A stretch of 63,453 bases of DNA, filler included, from Sphacelaria rigidula (taxonomy: Eukaryota): assembly GCA_964200075.2 (NCBI GenBank). It is 9 parts of 9 records of this genome, joined end to end, with 100 filler letters (N's around TTAATTAATTAA, not from the genome) between each part and the next. Parts side by side here need not be neighbours in the genome. Positions count along the whole stretch, not along the records: positions 56,493 to 63,453 come from CAXNAA020017192.1; 8 more parts are not named here. One strand, given 5' to 3'. The number at the start of each line of letters is the position of its first letter. Positions within the stretch are counted from its first letter, which is position 1. Below, piece after piece: positions 61,535-63,453 of this stretch. The notes beneath the pieces are model-generated. The model was not told where the DNA came from, did no database searches, and saw only the letters and a list, made by a program, of their open reading frames with translations. Both the position numbers and the translations under genes were made by a program.

Positions 61535-61875
61535 TCACAATCCTATTCTCCCTACGCCATCATATCGCCCTGCACAACAATAACTGCAACAGTATGGAAC
61601 GACGCAAGCGAACATGGGCAGGACGGAAAGAGGAGGATATCACATATCGGTGGAGCAGCATACCTTCGCACATGCGTATCACGTGCTGCAATGCAACGCA
61701 CGCGTGTCGTCTAGGATGACCCCTACAGTACTGCATTGTCAGCGCACTTTTGTCCTGCAAGTGCTCATATTTCATGTTTCGTACAACGAGATATCTTTTC
61801 TGCCAGCATGAATGACGCACATGTTCTGGAACAAAACACACAACGGTAGTACATCACGTAGCTCTCACCTCTACA

Positions 61876-62922
61876 CTACGAACGACGCCGAGAAGACCGT
61901 GTAGCCTGCGCCTTGTGCTCAGTGTTAGCGGCCCCAGCTCGTGCTCTCGTCGATGACTGCTTGCGAGTCGAAACGCCCGGCGGCTTCGGAGCCTCGACCG
62001 TACTGGCTCGGCGCTGCACTCGAGCGGAACGCCGTACGTTTTGGGCGGCACCCGCGCGCTGACCGCGAGTCGAAACGCCTGGTGGCTTCGGATCCTGGGC
62101 CGTATTCGCTCGGCTCTGCACTCGAGGAGAACGCCGCCGTACGTTCTGGGCGGGACTCGCTGGCTGGCCGCGCCGCCGCCCCCCCCTTCGCGATGACGCT
62201 CCACTCGTAGCGACGGCACCGGCTACGGCAGGAGGTGCAGCTGCTTCTGGCTCCCGACTCTTCACTCGGCCAGATCGCCTAAAGCCAGCCACAGCAGGGT
62301 CGCTTTGCACTGGCTGCGCAGGGGCCACTGGGGGACACGGATCCCCACCACTTGAAGATCGGGTAGGGCTTTCTTGCCCTCGCTGCGGGGTTGGGGAGGG
62401 GACGTCCGCGTGCATCGATGCGGGAGACACAACCGGACTAGGAGACGACGGGACAGCGTTTGCTCGTGGTGATTCAGAGTCTGTCGAGGGAAGGGGGAGC
62501 GGGGCCGGAGAAGCATCCCGATCCTGCCCCTGAACATGGCCAGGGGTGGCCTGCTGCCTGGAAGATTGGTCACCCCCGGGAGCTGTGGACACCGCGTGGA
62601 CTGGTCCACTGAACATTGGCAGGTACTCCAACATCAGTTTGTAGAAGGACAGCACGAACACGACCCTCGTAATGATCGAGATTGCACGCTTCGCATAGAT
62701 GTCCTCTACGCAGAACCCCGAGATGTCAACAGAACCCCCCCAGGTGGGGAGCCAGTATGGGGTACAGCTCCTGAAGCGCCGAAGGACGTTGCTGTCAAGA
62801 AGCACCATGGAGCAGGCCAGGAAGTGCGAAATGAGCCCGGCAAGCAGAGCGCAGTGCAGAGCCCATTTCATGTTGCTCGCCCAAGCAGCCTTGATTGCAG
62901 TAAGGATGCTGCTCAGATTCAT
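61876..62922 (-). CDS. Intronless orphan ORF, 348 aa: two predicted TM helices, Pro/Ser-rich linker, basic repeat tail
   Basis: Longest ORF in the window, with ATG at 62922. Hydrophobic WALHCALLAGLISHFLACSMVLL and AISIITRVVFVLSFYKLML segments. Duplicated ~35-aa unit AQNVRR(R)S(P/A)RVQ..PKPPGVSTR. Confidence 0.7.
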   Translation of the reverse strand: MNLSSILTAIKAAWASNMKWALHCALLAGLISHFLACSMVLLDSNVLRRFRSCTPYWLPTWGGSVDISGFCVEDIYAKRAISIITRVVFVLSFYKLMLEYLPMFSGPVHAVSTAPGGDQSSRQQATPGHVQGQDRDASPAPLPLPSTDSESPRANAVPSSPSPVVSPASMHADVPSPTPQRGQESPTRSSSGGDPCPPVAPAQPVQSDPAVAGFRRSGRVKSREPEAAAPPAVAGAVATSGASSRRGGRRRGQPASPAQNVRRRSPRVQSRANTAQDPKPPGVSTRGQRAGAAQNVRRSARVQRRASTVEAPKPPGVSTRKQSSTRARAGAANTEHKAQATRSSRRRS

Positions 62923-63453
62923 TATCGTAGTCTCAGATGAAACGTCTGTTTGATTCGGAGGTTGAGCCAAGTACAGTACCACGCGTCTGCTCAGACCGAA
63001 GCTGCACGAGACGGAGATCGATTCAATTGTGACACGTGGGGCCACGCAAAAATTGAGGGGGTGTTTTCAAATCTCGTATTGTAGAGGTAGTGAGCTTTTT
63101 TTTCAAATTATGTTACCCTTCATACCTCACTTTTCCGAGCGTTGTGATTGGTCCAGTGCCACATTTTTGAAAAGTTGATGTAACGTTTGAAGTTGCATAT
63201 TTCGCCCGTACGATCGTGAGGCACCGTGGCCTGCATCAAGACACTTATGTTACGTTCTGATGTTTAGTCTGTGCCTGTACGACCGTGAGGCACATGATTC
63301 TAGATCCAAAATGTGGAGCGTCTACCTTAGTCTACCAGCGGGGGGGGTCGCTGTCTGAGGGTTAAGCTTTTCTCAGCGAAAATATGCGTACGTTATAACA
63401 GCCAATCATCTATGTTGAGGATGGTGCTTTTGATTGAGGATGAGAACCCAGAG

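Overview
This is eukaryotic, repeat-rich nuclear DNA, most likely from a brown alga or another stramenopile. That assignment is an inference from TTAGGG-type repeats, short GT-AG exons in long TE-filled introns and the general repeat landscape. The window is not one locus. It is nine unrelated, length-sorted contigs (4 x 6962 nt, 5 x 6961 nt) joined by artificial 100-nt N-TTAATTAATTAA-N linkers. The only confidently identified host gene is two exons of the protein phosphatase 4 catalytic subunit. There is also a tRNA-like gene with a GAT anticodon, an intronless 348-aa orphan ORF and several orphan exons. The rest is mobile DNA: decayed APE-RT LINEs, a tRNA-derived SINE, Gypsy remnants, many TIR elements and MITEs (hAT, P-like, piggyBac-like TTAA, Harbinger-like, Tc1-like, possible Academ), and two tandem arrays. 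The most notable signal is two related LINE families whose 3' ends read TGAGTAC(G/A) followed by an oligo(C) tract instead of poly(A), and which appear to insert into G/C runs, including each other's tails.
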